Source of the DNA: Octopus sinensis
Lineage: Eukaryota
Assembly (NCBI RefSeq): GCF_006345805.1
Contig: NC_043007.1
Location: forward strand, 310,001 to 374,000
Reading direction: 5' to 3'
DNA length: 64,000 nucleotides
The notes under the pieces are model-generated. The model was not told where the DNA came from. It searched no databases and was given only the letters and a program-made list of their open reading frames with translations. Below, piece by piece: positions 1 through 13,374 of this stretch (positions are counted from its first letter, which is position 1; each line of letters starts with the position of its first letter). A program made the position numbers and the translations under genes.

Positions 1-75
1 GTATAATTGGTGGGTTAATATTAAACCCTAGTTTAGTCTTTGTGTCTATATGTATAAATGTATTTATTTATATAT

Positions 76-292
76 ACGTGAGGATGCTGAAAAGTTCTTC
101 GCTTCACGGGCATCGCGAAAGGTCTAGTTGGAGGTCCAACCGTTCGAGTTCTTTTAGAGGGCTTTGAAAAACTGAAGGACCGATGCAATAAATTTATGAG
201 TCTGAGAGGAGAATATGTTGAATAAGATCATAATTAACTGAACCTCCTGTATTTTCTTTTATCCATAGTCGTGATGTTTTCAAAACCCCATA
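76..292 (+). mobile_element. Internally deleted mariner-derived element (MITE-like) retaining the transposase C-terminus
   Basis: 157-225 translates EGFEKLKDRCNKFMSLRGEYVE*, matching the mariner C-terminal pattern G-x-x-x-L-x-x-R-W/C-x-K-x-x-x-x-G-x-Y-V-E. Degenerate inverted ends (gaggatgctgaaaagtt / gatgttttcaaaacccca) lie next to TA. Confidence 0.6.
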
Positions 293-321
293 TATATATA
301 TATATGTATATATATACATAT

Positions 322-541
322 ATTCTTTTATTATTTCATTTGTTTGTCATTTGACTGCGACCATGCTGGAGCACCGCCTTTAGTCGAGCAAATCGATCCC
401 AGGACTTATTCTTTGTAAGCCTAGTACTTATTCTAGCGTTCTCTCTTGCCGAACCGCTATGTGACGGGGACGTAAACACACCAGCATCGATTGTCAAGAG
501 ATGTTGGTGGGGACAAACACAGACTCACAAACATATACATG

Positions 542-612
<71 letters not shown>

Positions 613-718
613 GATGGGCTTCTTTCAGTTACCTTCTACCAAATCCCAAGACACTTGCCCAAGGTGCCACGCAGTGGGACTGAACCCGGAATCATGTGAT
701 TGGCAAGGAAGTTACTTA

Positions 719-720
<2 letters not shown>
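322..720 (-). mobile_element. SINE family A (tRNA-derived head, CORE-like block, internal microsatellite), internally deleted copy
   Basis: Near-identical to the copies at 11469, 22099, 34523, 48128 and 50146; tail gactgcgaccatgctggagcaccgcc; internal (CA)n(TA)n. Confidence 0.85.
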
Positions 721-810
<90 letters not shown>

Positions 811-1739
811 TTTTGGCAATAAATTTTGGGGTATATCTCGGAGTACTTTATACCCGTTCCCTCTTTTAGTATCTATACTATTCTTGGGTTCTTGGTTCCG
901 CCCTGCACTAGTCGGCTTTCGTGCTCATTCTTTTAACACACTTCTTCCCCCACTGATATACTCCCTTACAAAATCTACCATTTTCTTATTATTGACGTTG
1001 CATTGACTTTACTTTACTTATAACTAGTTCTCGGTAAAATTATTTTCGTTTGCAGACAATATGTCTGTTTTGTTACATGAAGTGTTGTCGTTTTTTTCTT
1101 CCTTATAACAATTGATTATTTGCGATTTAGCGAGGATCACTCATCGTCGGCGGTCTTTCAATACGAGTACATTTTTTTTTTATTAAAGTCTTGTATTTCT
1201 TCAGTAGTAATTACCTCTCTCTCTCTCTTTCTCTTTTTCCTTCTTGCGGTACATCAAAATGCTAAAAATAGTATTCTCAAGAAAAACCAATAATATTATT
1301 CACATAAATATAACAATAAAATTTAGGTAAATCCACACACGACAACACCAATAACTTCGTAAACACAACACGAAAACACCAAAAAAAAAAAAAATTACAA
1401 AGGAAAAAAAAAACCCAGCTGCATCTTGTTCCTCCTAAGTGAATATGCTTTATTTTGTGTTTTATAAAGAAACAACTTCTCTGCGTAGCATTATGGAATA
1501 AAATAAATTACCCTCAAAAGAGAAATAGTAGAGCGTGGGCCTCAAAACCAATTTTATATTCAATATAATACGGCGCCAATCATATCCATTCTCAAGTGCT
1601 ATCTAATTTGGAGAGCGAGTTTACAGAATTAGAACATGGAAAGTTGCCAGTGAAGAGCATGTAATTGTATTCCTCTCTAGTGTTAGAGAGAGAAAACCGC
1701 GAAAAGAGAGATTAATAAGTTGCTGGTTTCAACGAAAAT

Positions 1740-1867
1740 GGCTATGCACGTATGTCTGTATGTATGTGCGTATGTACGTATATGTATATGCGCATGTCAG
1801 TGCACTCACTCACACACACACACATATATATGTATGTGTATATATATACATATACATATATATATAC

Positions 1868-1903
<36 letters not shown>

Positions 1904-2030
1904 GTAATATATATATATATGTATATATTATATATATGTATGTGTGTATATATATACATATATTTATGTATGTATGTATGTATATATATATATATGTATG
2001 TATATATGTATATATATATATTTATATATA
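1740..2030. repeat. Compound (TA)n/(TATG)n/(CA)n microsatellite
   Basis: Directly visible dinucleotide and tetranucleotide runs. Confidence 0.9.
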
Positions 2031-2336
2031 GAGGGCATTATACATACATGCCAGAGGGCATTATACATACATGCCACACGCTAAGAGGGACAATTAGTCA
2101 TTTCTACCAAAAATATTACTAATCCCACCGAATGCAATTTTTCAAAGTAAGACATTTAACAAATATAGACCTGTATCACAGTGATTTCATACTTACGTAT
2201 TCATCAGCAGGCCTGGATGTATCATACATAAACGACCCCGCCTCGCTTAAGCCGATCAGCTAACTGATCAACATCAACGAAGCACGTATAATGCTTGTAT
2301 GTATAATGCCCTCTGGCATGTATGTATAATGCCCTC
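2031..2336. mobile_element. MITE with GAG...CTC termini (Sola-like)
   Basis: The left end (gagggcattatacatacatgcca)x2 is the reverse complement of the right end tgtatgtataatgccctctggcatgtatgtataatgccctc. TATA flanks both sides. The superfamily call rests on termini only. Confidence 0.7.
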
Positions 2337-2472
2337 TATATATAAATTAATATGTTCAATAAGAAATAATTATTTTCGAAATTTTTTCTCTTATGAGGTT
2401 TTCACGCTATCTACCTGACAATTTCTTGTTAAGTTTTCCTTATTAAGTAGTTGTCCTTAATTGCTAAATTTG

Positions 2473-2505
<33 letters not shown>

Positions 2506-2621
2506 ATATATACATTATACATATATATATATGTATGTATATATATATACATATGCATGTATATATGTATATATATATACATATATACATACATTTATAT
2601 ATATACATATATAAAGAAGCC

Positions 2622-2660
<39 letters not shown>

Positions 2661-2750
2661 AAGGGCTTCTTTCAGTTTCTGTGGACCAACTTCTCTCACA
2701 TGGCTGTACCTGCAAACATCCTTCTGCACACGCACACACACACACACACA

Positions 2751-2808
<58 letters not shown>

Positions 2809-3189
2809 TACATGTATTCAGTCATCATGTTTTATTCCCCTTAAATTCTAGCATCACAAAATATGCGAGTATCACTGGATGAACTCTGCTGCTTTGTTGA
2901 AAGCTGAAATATTTTCAGATATTAATAATTATCTTAATCACTGTTCTCTGTCAACTTGACAGAACACGAATTAAATTTGCCGCACTTATGTTTCTGATAA
3001 ACAGCACAATATCATAATTATTTGTTGTACACGGATTCAATCGTGTGTTACCTTGCACTCGATGCAAAGAAATGTGTGAACGCAAATATATAGAAACCTA
3101 AAGATTTATGTTATCTATTACTAACTATTATTGTTTATCATAACCATGCTGTAATTATTATATCTTGGCATGCTATAGTATGCTATCTC

Positions 3190-3520
3190 CATTTACTCAA
3201 AGAGCATCAAACGATGAGAATTCTCCAACTGGTATCATTCAGAGTCAAATGGCACCTTTCTTCTAAGGTAGCATCCATTTCTGTCAAGTCTTCCCAGACA
3301 GTCTTTTCCGTAATCTTCACCCTAATCTTTCATCAACTCGGTTGTCTTTGTCATTCTCTCTAATGTTAAGCGCGATACAGGTTCAAGCAGTTCCTTCGTC
3401 CAGCTGTCATGGTTTCTTGAAGTTTACTTACGCTAAATCTTTATCATGATTCAATTGTTTTAGATGTTGTCACGCCACATGATCTTCAGGATATCTCTAA
3501 GGCACTGGTGATGAAAAGCA
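3190..3520 (-). pseudogene. Decayed RTE-clade LINE 3' end (post-RT region)
   Basis: Minus strand reads AFHHQCLRDILKIMWRDNI, then RKTVWEDLTEM...WRIL. This fits the RTE motifs F-H-x-R-C-L-R-x-I-L-x-I-x-W and W-x-x-x-V-x-x-D-L. Stops and frameshifts are present. Confidence 0.7.
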
Positions 3521-3547
3521 TTCGGCATATATATGTATATATATACA

Positions 3548-3583
<36 letters not shown>

Positions 3584-5908
3584 TATATATATTATATATA
3601 ATATATATTAATACATACATAATATATGTAAGCAAAGCAGATGGAATGAGCAACACGTTTTATTGTGTAATACTACAATTGTTTCATCAACATTTTTGCC
3701 GGAGGATAATCGCTAAAATACTATTATATTTTTTAATATATATATGAAACAATATATTAGTATTTTTCCAGCGATTAATATTATTTTTATTCCAGTGATA
3801 CTGGAACGGACCATCATTCCACAGAATATTACATGCATGGTTATGGAATAAAACCTGTTGCTCACTCAATGTTCTTTGTTAATAATTGACAAGCAGCGGA
3901 TTGTAGGGGACCGCTGCATTATTCGGACAGTCGATTGAAGGAATGTGAAATGAAGAGACATCGTTCCGGTTCGGAAGGGACTAACTCGCGATATTGCGAG
4001 AAACAGTCCTAACCACTGAGCCGAGTATCTTTAGTTATCGGAAGTTAAATAGCTCGGGATATTAATGATATCTTATTTTCTCCTTTTGTATTTTATGACA
4101 AATACAATTTCATATAAATGTCCCCCACCTAGCCTCTATTTCTTCCTCTCAATTTATCTCTTCCGTCGCCTGTTCGCTCTCCTGGCCTGTCTGTTTCTCT
4201 ACTCCTATCGCTGACTCTGAGTATCTCCATCTCTTTCTGTCTCCCTATATGTAAGATCCTTATTATATTATTTCAATATTTGAAAATTAAATAATTTGGA
4301 ATTGTAGAAATGACGGAATCTTTGGTCGGCAGATGCTAAATATCTAACTATTGTCTGTTTAAATTTATTCGTTCTAAGTACAAATCCCCCCGGAGTGAAA
4401 TTTACAAGAATCAATACAATAATAGCATATTTTAAATTCGGTTATACTTCGTCGAGTGCAAAAACTCTGTTCTACTTGTCAAATGAAATAAGGCTTTAAC
4501 TTCAACATTCGTTGTTTTCGTTGCTGCAACTGACAGCCGTTGAATTTTTATATTTTTGTACTTTGTTCGATAAAATGGCTAACATTGAAGCTATAAATTC
4601 AGTCGACTGTGAACCCTTTCCAACAAAATTCTGCTTTGTATCTATTCGACGAAACAAAAAAAAAATCAATAATTATATTTTCTTTATTTGCATTTTTTTC
4701 ACTTACTTCCCTTCTACTTTTCACTCCCTCAAATTATTCAGTCGTTATCTGAAATATTCTCAATTCTCAACGAACAGTGCTGCTGCAATTATATTTAAAT
4801 CCCGTTCATCTCATTAATTTAAAATACAAGAAGACAGTGTTCTTCTAATCTGTTGGATAATTTAAATACATAGCTCTGGTTTTCTCTTAGATAATACCAT
4901 TCTATAAAATGTTATTTCCTGAGATCACTCGCTGTTTCTTTTTGAGATAAGATAGGAATATTTCAGAAGGGAAACAATATCTGCTGGAGGAAAAAAATCG
5001 AAATATACAGAAAGTAAGGAAGAAAATAATGTCATGGAAAATTATACTTAATAATATGTATGGAAAAATGAAGAGAATAAATACATACATAATTTATAGG
5101 CAAGAATACATCATATTTATTTTTGAAAGAGCTTCTCATTATAAAATGAAAGATGTATTTATTAATAAAGAAATACATAGTTTTAGTACACCTACACGTA
5201 GATACATTAATATATATGTCCATTAATCCACGCATCTATATTATACATTTATAAATGACAGTGTGTGTGGATTTATAGATACATGGATACATGTAGGTGG
5301 CTGTGCTAACTAATAACACACATACGTTATTAGTTAGCAGACTATAATACAGAAAACGTCACACTCAGTAGGAGAAATTGCGCGTTCACATTTTTTGTTA
5401 TATCGTCGAGCTGTTACAGGTTAGGGTATATATCAGAACAGGAAGGTTACCGTCGGTTTTGTATCGACCTTGCACTTAGAGATAGTCACGAGTTATAACA
5501 TATGGACGCCAGAAGCACACATTCTCTTTTATGGGGAGGTATATATAAACCTTGCTTGGCTCGGTTTTAGTTAAAAGACTAGAATCAAACAATAAATAAT
5601 TATAAGATTTTCAGGGAGTAAAAGAAGACTTACTTCCCATGGATTGATCTCAGCCACTGTTAAATCGTATCGCTTATGTGTGTGTCCAACCATGTCGTTC
5701 GCTTTTCTAAAATGGCTACATTTTCGCTCATGAGGAAAGCATCCAAGTATTTTGCTACTAGAATTCAGAAAAAAACCATAGATCGTGTGAATTTTTTTGA
5801 ATGATCACTGTATATATCGCTGACTAACGTTGCAATATTGCATCTCACTCGATTACGATTATTCATCCTGGCATTAAAGGGGTTCTCTGATTAAAAAGTG
5901 TTCAACTG

Positions 5909-7247
5909 ATTAAAAATTGTCGGCAAAATAATTTTAAAACTGTACCAACATTATTTTGTTTAAGACCGTACCAAGATTATGGAATTTAATAAACCAAATG
6001 GGTGATCGTATGACTGGTCCTACTGCGCTTTTTTGTTTAATAATCGAGCATTAATTCGCTATGGGAAAGCTTTACCAAGTCACTGGCCAATACAAAGTTC
6101 AACAAAGAATGGTTGCTCCGAGAAAATCAACAATACAAATAGATCGGCGAATTCACAGGCTCTTTGAAGGTAACCGAATACTAACCGTAGTGAACATTTA
6201 CAAGCAATTACCTGATGAAACTGACCAGCTTTACACCACAAACTGTCAGAAACCGCCTGAAACAATTTGGACAGTTCGACCGGATCGCTCGAAAGAAGGC
6301 GATAATTTCTGAGATGAACCGACGAAAGCGGATTTTATTTGTTAAGAGCCATATTGAATGGACGGATGAAGACAGGTAAAAAGTTCTTTGGAGGGACGAA
6401 TCTCGCTTCTGCAGCTTTGGATCAGACGGAAAGACTTATGTTAGACGCCGTCCAACTGAAGAATTCCATCCTAAGTGTGTCAAGAAAACGGCGCAAGATG
6501 GAGGTGGTGAGGTAATGGTGTTGGTCGCGTTCGGCAGCTTAGGTGTTGGTCCAGTTGTCAAGGTTAATGGCGGACTGAACGTGTAGGTTATCTGCAATTA
6601 GTAAATGAAAATGAGCTGCCATATTAAAGTAATCAGATGCCACGGGATCCATTTTTCAGCAGGAAAATCGCCCCGTTCATAATGTTAGGAAAGGTTTTCA
6701 ACATTTTGAGCGCAATAATATGGTGGTTATTGAGTGGCCTCCGCAAAGCCCGGATTTGAACCCGATCGACAATTTACGAAATTATGTTTCTAAAATAATT
6801 CATGCTAAAAAAACCCAACAAATTTGTACCAATTATGTTATTTTATTGAAGAAATATGGCAGAACATTCCAAGTTATTTTTGTGCTCATCTGTCAAACTC
6901 CATCTCCAATCGTTTTAAAGCTATAATTGAAAATAATGGTTATGGAACTAAATACTAATAATGAACTTTGGTTCTTTGATCATTTGTGCCATAAATTTTC
7001 AATTTAAACAAAATAATGTTGGTACGCTCTTAAACTTATTTTACCGACAATGTTTAATAATTTGTATAAATTGCGTATTAAAATTATTCAAATTGTAGAA
7101 AGATATATAACGCCTACATGTTTCGAAAGAGAAAATAATTCTACATGAGCTGTAAAAAGTAAGATAATTTTATACAATTTTGTTAAAAGTAAATTAATGA
7201 AGGAATAGAACTGTCATCAACTTTTCTGAAACTATTTTTGGCGAGTG
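5909..7247 (+). mobile_element. Tc1-family (DD34E) DNA transposon, decayed; left outer TIR apparently lost
   Basis: Inverted subterminal blocks at 5909-5961 and 7007-7059. The right end ...tttttggcgagtg is followed by TA. A transposase remnant lies inside. Confidence 0.85.
6061..6958 (+). pseudogene. Tc1 transposase pseudogene
   Basis: Motifs across frames: KVLWRDESRF, GSDGKTYVRRRPTEEFHPKCVKKT, GGGEVMV, FQQENRPVH, EWPPQSPDLNPIDNL, IIENNGYGTKY*. Multiple stops and frameshifts. Confidence 0.92.
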
Positions 7248-7311
7248 TATATATATATATTTGGTACACTCTCTTTTTGTCTCCCTCTCTCTCTCATTTT
7301 TACTTGATCTG

Positions 7312-7349
<38 letters not shown>

Positions 7350-7354
7350 ACTCA

Positions 7355-7454
7355 NNNNNNNNNNNNNNNNNNNNNNNNNNNNNNNNNNNNNNNNNNNNNN
7401 NNNNNNNNNNNNNNNNNNNNNNNNNNNNNNNNNNNNNNNNNNNNNNNNNNNNNN
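7355..7454. other. Assembly gap (100 N) between (CT)n and (TA)n microsatellites
   Basis: Run of 100 n. Confidence 1.
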
Positions 7455-7568
7455 ATATATATACATTTATATACACATATATACACATATATACATATAT
7501 ACATATATATATGTATATATATATACACGTATATGTACAAAATATATATATATATTTTATATATTATA

Positions 7569-7772
7569 TAGGGAGAGTTTACGGAAAAAAGCAAAAGACG
7601 AAGACAGGTGATGTACAAAACAAACAGATGTATTAGTATAACGCTCAGGAATAGAAAATGTATTTCACGTTTCGAGTCTACGCTCTTCTATAGAAAGGGA
7701 CACAGAAAACAAGGAGAGAAACAAGGAGAGAAACAAGGAGACAAAAGATGTGTGTAGTGGCTAACGATCTAA
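7569..7772 (-). mobile_element. Short repeat family D (Penelope-like terminal fragment with hammerhead-like motif), degenerate copy
   Basis: Reverse complement of the copies at 13375 and 53565. The motif here reads ctttCTATAGAagagcgtagactcGAAACGTG. Confidence 0.65.
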
Positions 7773-7782
7773 TATATATATA

Positions 7783-7977
7783 AACGTTAGCCTGCCGGGC
7801 GAAACGTTTAGCGATATTTCGTCTGTCTTTACGTTCTGTTTTCAAATTCCGCCGAAGTCGTCTTTGCCTTTCATCCTTTCGGGGTCGATAAATTAGGTAC
7901 CAGTACGCACTGGGGTCGATGTAATCGACTGGTGCCCCTCCCCCAAAGTTTCTGGCATTGTGCCTAAAGCAGAAAAG
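7783..7977 (+). mobile_element. SINE family B (tRNA-derived head plus gtcgactttgcctttcatcctttcggggtcgataaa central domain)
   Basis: Matches the copies at 16650, 52903 and 59850. Confidence 0.8.
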
Positions 7978-9349
7978 GGTATTTCTTCTATGTTTGTGTT
8001 CCCGCTCAATTTGGAGGATTTTGTCTTGGATAAATTTTGGCGGTGTGGAGATATAAGATTGGCATGCATAGATTAACTGCCAATTTTTTCCAAAATTCTT
8101 ATTTAATTCTCCACATACATGTTTCGATGCATCTTCCTCGACCGACGAAGGCCACAAAACGACCTCTTGAAAACCAGTCTAGTATTTAATTGGAATAAAA
8201 ATGGCTTTTATTAGAGATTTAGATTCTCTTACGCAAATTTTCTGATGGAAATATTTACAAAATAAATTAAATATTTTCGGTGTTTTCTTGAATGTATTTA
8301 TATTTCTGAGACACTTATGATTATTTTCAATGCTATATTATGCTTAGAATTGAAATCATTCCAGTACGACCAACGAAGGCTATGAAATATTTGGAAAGTT
8401 AGATAGGGAAATGACTATAAACATTACGATAATCGATTTAAATCATAAATGTTCTGCCCCTCTTAATAACTGTTATATCTACAGCAGCACAACATTTCAA
8501 TTTGGTGAATACTATGAAATTATATAAAAAGTGATAAATTTAGTGAAATACGCTATTACAGTAGGTGAAAGTATGAATCATATGAGTGATCATGATATAA
8601 GTAGAAATACTTGTCATGTCGCTATTAGTTGCTTTCATTTCTATTTTTGAATTGTACTCAATCATTGTATGGAAATAGACGTGAATAAATGAATATGAAT
8701 TGATATGGCTGAGACCAAGCTTTTCTCTATGTGTACGTTAACAACGTTGAATACGACGAACGGTACGCAATAACGGACGACATTTTATGTGAGATACAAA
8801 TCTAACGAAAATATCAATATCGTAATGAAAGTTTTCTCACGAAATTTTCAACGGTGCTGCACGTAATAGTTAGGTGAGGCACTCATACGTTGTTAGAGGG
8901 GGAAAAAAAATTAAGCAGAGCTAACAATTTGGGAATTCATTTCGAAAATAGTTATAATTCAAATTTAGAAAGTTCAGGTAATGCTTAGTTAAATGAATAT
9001 TCAATGAAATTAAAAGCTAATGTTTTTCATATCACTGAATAAGTCGACCGTATTAATATTTCATGTTTCAATTGATCTTTATAATTTCATGTGCAATATT
9101 AATCTGAGTAAAACCTATTATTGTTCTGTATTTGTTTTATTTTCCAATTAGATTACTTTTATATTCCCAACCAATATTAAAATAAAATTGATTATTTTTC
9201 CTTTATAGCGCTTGCATAAAGACATAACGTTTGAAAACTACATATTCCAAATTTTAACGATTTGAAATATTTAGAATATTATGAATACTTCATGCCATTT
9301 GCATTATGTATATTGTCGAATTTGCATATCCTTTTTTCTCTCTTTTCAG

Positions 9350-9385
9350 AAATAATTTGGAAACTTCTCCTGTCCACTCTAAATG
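9350..9385 (+). other. Candidate 36-nt microexon
   Basis: Strong acceptor ccttttttctctcttttcAG, donor ATG|GTACGA, length a multiple of 3 and open in two frames. No homology recognised. Confidence 0.25.
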
Positions 9386-10777
9386 GTACGATCTGACCGT
9401 CTAATTCAGTCTCGTTGTCATGATGAAGAATATTTATTTGTTTTAATTATGCTCTTCTTGATTTTAGATTAATTAATGCCTTGCATCGTTATTTTAAGGA
9501 ATTCATTTTTCATTCGACAAAACCAAAACGCCGAAAATAATAGCAACGCCGTCCTTATTCTAGATAACGTTCATAGATTGTTCTTTTTGGATTGGAATAT
9601 AAATAAATGTTGAAGTCAAATGCGTCTGGAACAACCGCGCGAACGTCTTTATACAAGACTAATAGTCTATGCCAGGATTACATAGAATAACCGAAGATTA
9701 ATATATTAGTTGCAATTCAAAATTACTTGATGGTTTTAAGGCAGAAACAATAAGAACTTTATCTAAGTATATTACATTAACTTACGAACTCATTATGAGA
9801 TAATGATTGAATTCCATACCAAAATAGTAATTACGTACTTAACAAATTTTGTGATACATAGCGAATCGTATTACAGACACATACAGACGTTTCGTGTGTA
9901 AGATGGATACGTACGATGGCTGACTAATGGTGGCTGTTAATCGGATTAAACTATATCCGTTGCAGTCAGGAGACAGAGTGCTGGATGTAAATGTCCATCC
10001 TTGTGTTATATATTAATTACGTAATGCACACACACGCAAGCACGCACGCACGCACGCACACACGTACACACACACGCATACACTAGAGTTTTACCTGTCA
10101 TGTGATGGGCGACTTTAAGAGTATACGTTTCCTACCACTTGTAATGTCAGAATATTTGGCAAATTGTTGTGGCGAGAGTCATTGACACCCCTCTGGGATT
10201 GGAAGGGTGGACTAGGCGAACTCTTATAAAAAGTATCGTATTGGTTGAGACAGATCGGTAAGGGTCGTTGAGGCTCGTAAGCCATTGCATTTCTTTTCAT
10301 TCGATTTATTGTCACATACATTTTCATTATATATTTTATGTACCCCACGTTTTGTGTTGTCTGTCCTTGTTTGTCTCCCTCTATTTTGAGCCCTTGTGGC
10401 TAATGAAGAAAAGGGTAAGGGTCGTTGAGAGGTTCGTAAGAGACGGTGTGTTAGTTCCGCTTTGAATTCTCACCGAACCCGTAAGATACCGTAATGGTAG
10501 TTGTTCGAGTTACTGTGTGTTGGTCCCATCGCTAGAATGGGGTAGGGGTTCGATTTCTGTACTCACAATATATCGGATGCAGCTGTGCAGTGTTAAGTAC
10601 CTAGAAGGGATGTCTTTGGGTTAAAAAAATCGCACTAAAGTCCGTTCGAGCGAAAAACAAGAGTACTAAAAGAGTGCTTAGTACAACGAAATTATTTCGA
10701 ATTTTAACAGAATGTGTAGAAACGGGTCGAAATTTTATGTTTAATGTTTGATATGTTTATGTTTTCAAGGTAGAGAA

Positions 10778-11360
10778 ATGGCATTCACTGGAAGAGAAAT
10801 GGCGTTTTGTGTGTTGGAGTATGCTTGAACACAGTCGAACAAGACTCTGCAGCGTGCATTTGTGAGAGAGTTCTCTAAAAATTAACCAATGGCAATGCGG
10901 ATTTGTACATGGCACAAAAAATTTCAAAGAAGAATGCTGTCTCTGCAGGGCAAAAGGATCTGGATGACCACTAATATTGGATAAGAACAAGACTGGAAAC
11001 CCAGATTGCTCCGTCAACGGTTTGGCGCGTCCCCAGGAAACGCCTACTAATGAAATCCTATAAGCTGCAGTTCGTTAAGGCCATAACAAGAGATAACAAG
11101 CGATAGTGCAAACAATTCTGTGTTGATATCCAAAAGAAACTTGAAGAAGCCCAGTTCAAGGAAAGTCTTGTTTTCAGTGATGAGGCTACATTTCACCCGA
11201 ATGGCAAAGTCAATAAGCATAATGTTCGCATTTGGGGTGATGAAAATCTCCATACCACAGTTGAGCTTGAGAGGGAGTCACCAAAAGCGAATGCGTTCTG
11301 CGCCATCTCCAAGAAGCTTCTTCATGGCCCGTTTTTCTTTCAGGGAAATGTGACCGGCGA
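10778..11360 (+). pseudogene. Tc1/mariner-superfamily transposase remnant with DUF4817-type N-terminal HTH
   Basis: MAFTGREMAFCVLEYA*TQSNKTLQRAFVREF, STVWRVPRKRLLMKSYKLQFVKAI, LVFSDEATFHPNGKVNKHNVRIWGDEN, GPFFFQGNVTG. Stops and frameshifts; 3' truncated. Confidence 0.88.
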
Positions 11361-11468
11361 TGCGAAATCGTTCATGGAATCTTCAAACCTTTGAATTTCT
11401 CATTCACATTTGGAAGAATAAATCTTATGTTACTGAAAATTAAGCCTGTTTAGTTTCATTTGCTTTGA

Positions 11469-11919
11469 CTCTCTCTCTTTTACTCTTTTGCTTGTTTCAG
11501 TCATTTGACTGCGGCCATGCTGGAGCACCGCCTTTAGTCGAGCAAATCGACCTCGGGACTTATTCTTTTGTAAGCCCAGTACTTATTCTATCGGTCTATT
11601 TTGCCGAACTGCTAAGTGACGGGGACGTAAACACACCAGCATCGGTTGTCAAGCAATGCTAGGGGGACAAACACAGACACACAAACACACACACACACAC
11701 ACACATACACACATACACACACACATATATATATATATATATACATACATATATACGACAGGCTTCTTTCAGTTTCCGTCTACCAAATCCACTCACAATG
11801 CATTGGTCGGCCCGGGGCTATAGCAGAAGACACTTGCCCAAGATTCCACGCAGTTGGGACTGAACCCGCAACCATGTGGTTGGTAAGCAAGCTACTTACC
11901 ACACAGCCACTCCTGCGCC
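11469..11919 (-). mobile_element. SINE family A, full-length
   Basis: Minus-strand head ggcgcaggagTGGCTGTGTGG (A-box-like) ... GGTTCAGTCC (B-box-like), cttgggcaagtgtctt block, internal microsatellite, (gtaaaaga)-like tail. Confidence 0.9.
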
Positions 11920-12586
11920 TGTAGTTTCTGTGATATTTACGTCTGATATGATATCAATTTGTTTGAAGCCCCCTGTATATGTATATGCGTGTGTGTGTGT
12001 CTGTGTGTATAAGTGTGTAATTATGTACGCAATCAAATATGTGCTTCGTTTCCTGAGTTGGCAGTTTGCTAACAAAACACTCAACTGTGATATGTGTTGG
12101 CAAGATTCCTCCCTACGTACACCTTGATAAGCTTCAATGTGTATAATTAATCCCAATAAGCGTTTTTGTGCGGTCAACAAACTCTCTGCTAAACTACACA
12201 CTAAATAATAACTTGGAAAGCCTGATAATGACAAGCTTAAAATTACATTAAGTGAAACTAGCTTCCATATACAACCACCAATACATACGTCTTCTGAAAG
12301 GAAGAAGAGGACTAATCTTCGAAATGGAATATACAAAACATGGTTTCTTTCAATAGCACTAAAGCAATCGCTCTATATTTTCAAAGAAGCCTTACGTCAA
12401 ATGCGCTTTATTCATAAACTAATCTCGATGACTAATTATACAATTTAGAAATGCTGAATCTAAATATCAAAGTCTTTGGCGAAATCTAACTCGTAAATAC
12501 ACACAAATGCACACACACACACACACACACACATACACAACACACAAATACCACACACAACACACACACACACCACACACACACAA

Positions 12587-12622
<36 letters not shown>

Positions 12623-12627
12623 TAAAT

Positions 12628-12740
12628 TTCCTGAGCGCCATACTAATACAATTGTTTGTTTGTATTCTACCTGCCTTCGTCTTTTTGTTTATTTCCGTAA
12701 ACCTGCCTTCGTTTTGTCTATTTTCATAAAGCTTCCCGTA
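12628..12740 (+). mobile_element. Family D fragment (3' part, no hammerhead motif)
   Basis: ttcctgagcgccatactaatacaattgtttgtttgta...cctgccttcgtctttttg matches 13503-13580. Confidence 0.55.
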
Positions 12741-13319
12741 TTATATATATATATATACACGCACATACATACACACATGCATATATGAGTGTGGGTGTCT
12801 AAGAGAGGGTTTATATAATAAACTACAAATAATCCTAAAGAGTTTTAACCAGAAGCGGTCAAATAGAGAAGGGTCTATATCTCACTGCCTGGGAAACTCG
12901 AGGGACATCTCTGTCAAAAAGAACCGTTAACAAAAAAAACAAAAACAAGAAACATTAGGAAGGCAATTGGTAATCCCAGATGTACTCAATCAGGGTTAAG
13001 TTGGAGTAAACAACACCAGTAATTTAGCTTTAAGCATTTAATGTTATTGTGAAAGACAGTTCGGTGAGCTGACAGAATGGTTAGAGTTTCAGGCCAAACC
13101 TTACGGAATTTCTTACAACTCTTTAGGTTATGAGTTCCCATACTGCTGTATTCACCCTTGAATTTTATTCTTTCTGGGACGAGAAAGTCTCTAACCACCA
13201 AGTCCTGGCGTCGGTGGTAACGATTTACCGCACCCCTACAAAATTGCTGGCTTTGTGAGTGAAGAAGAAACAATTATAAAAGACATATGGGAGCGACACA
13301 CCAGGATGTTATTGATATA

Positions 13320-13359
<40 letters not shown>

Positions 13360-13374
13360 TATATGTGTGATCCT

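Noticed and set aside
5777-5812. ...gaatgatcactg|TA as the left end of the Tc1 element
   Set aside because: It is oriented as a right end and does not match the 7247 terminus; probably a scrap of a different element.
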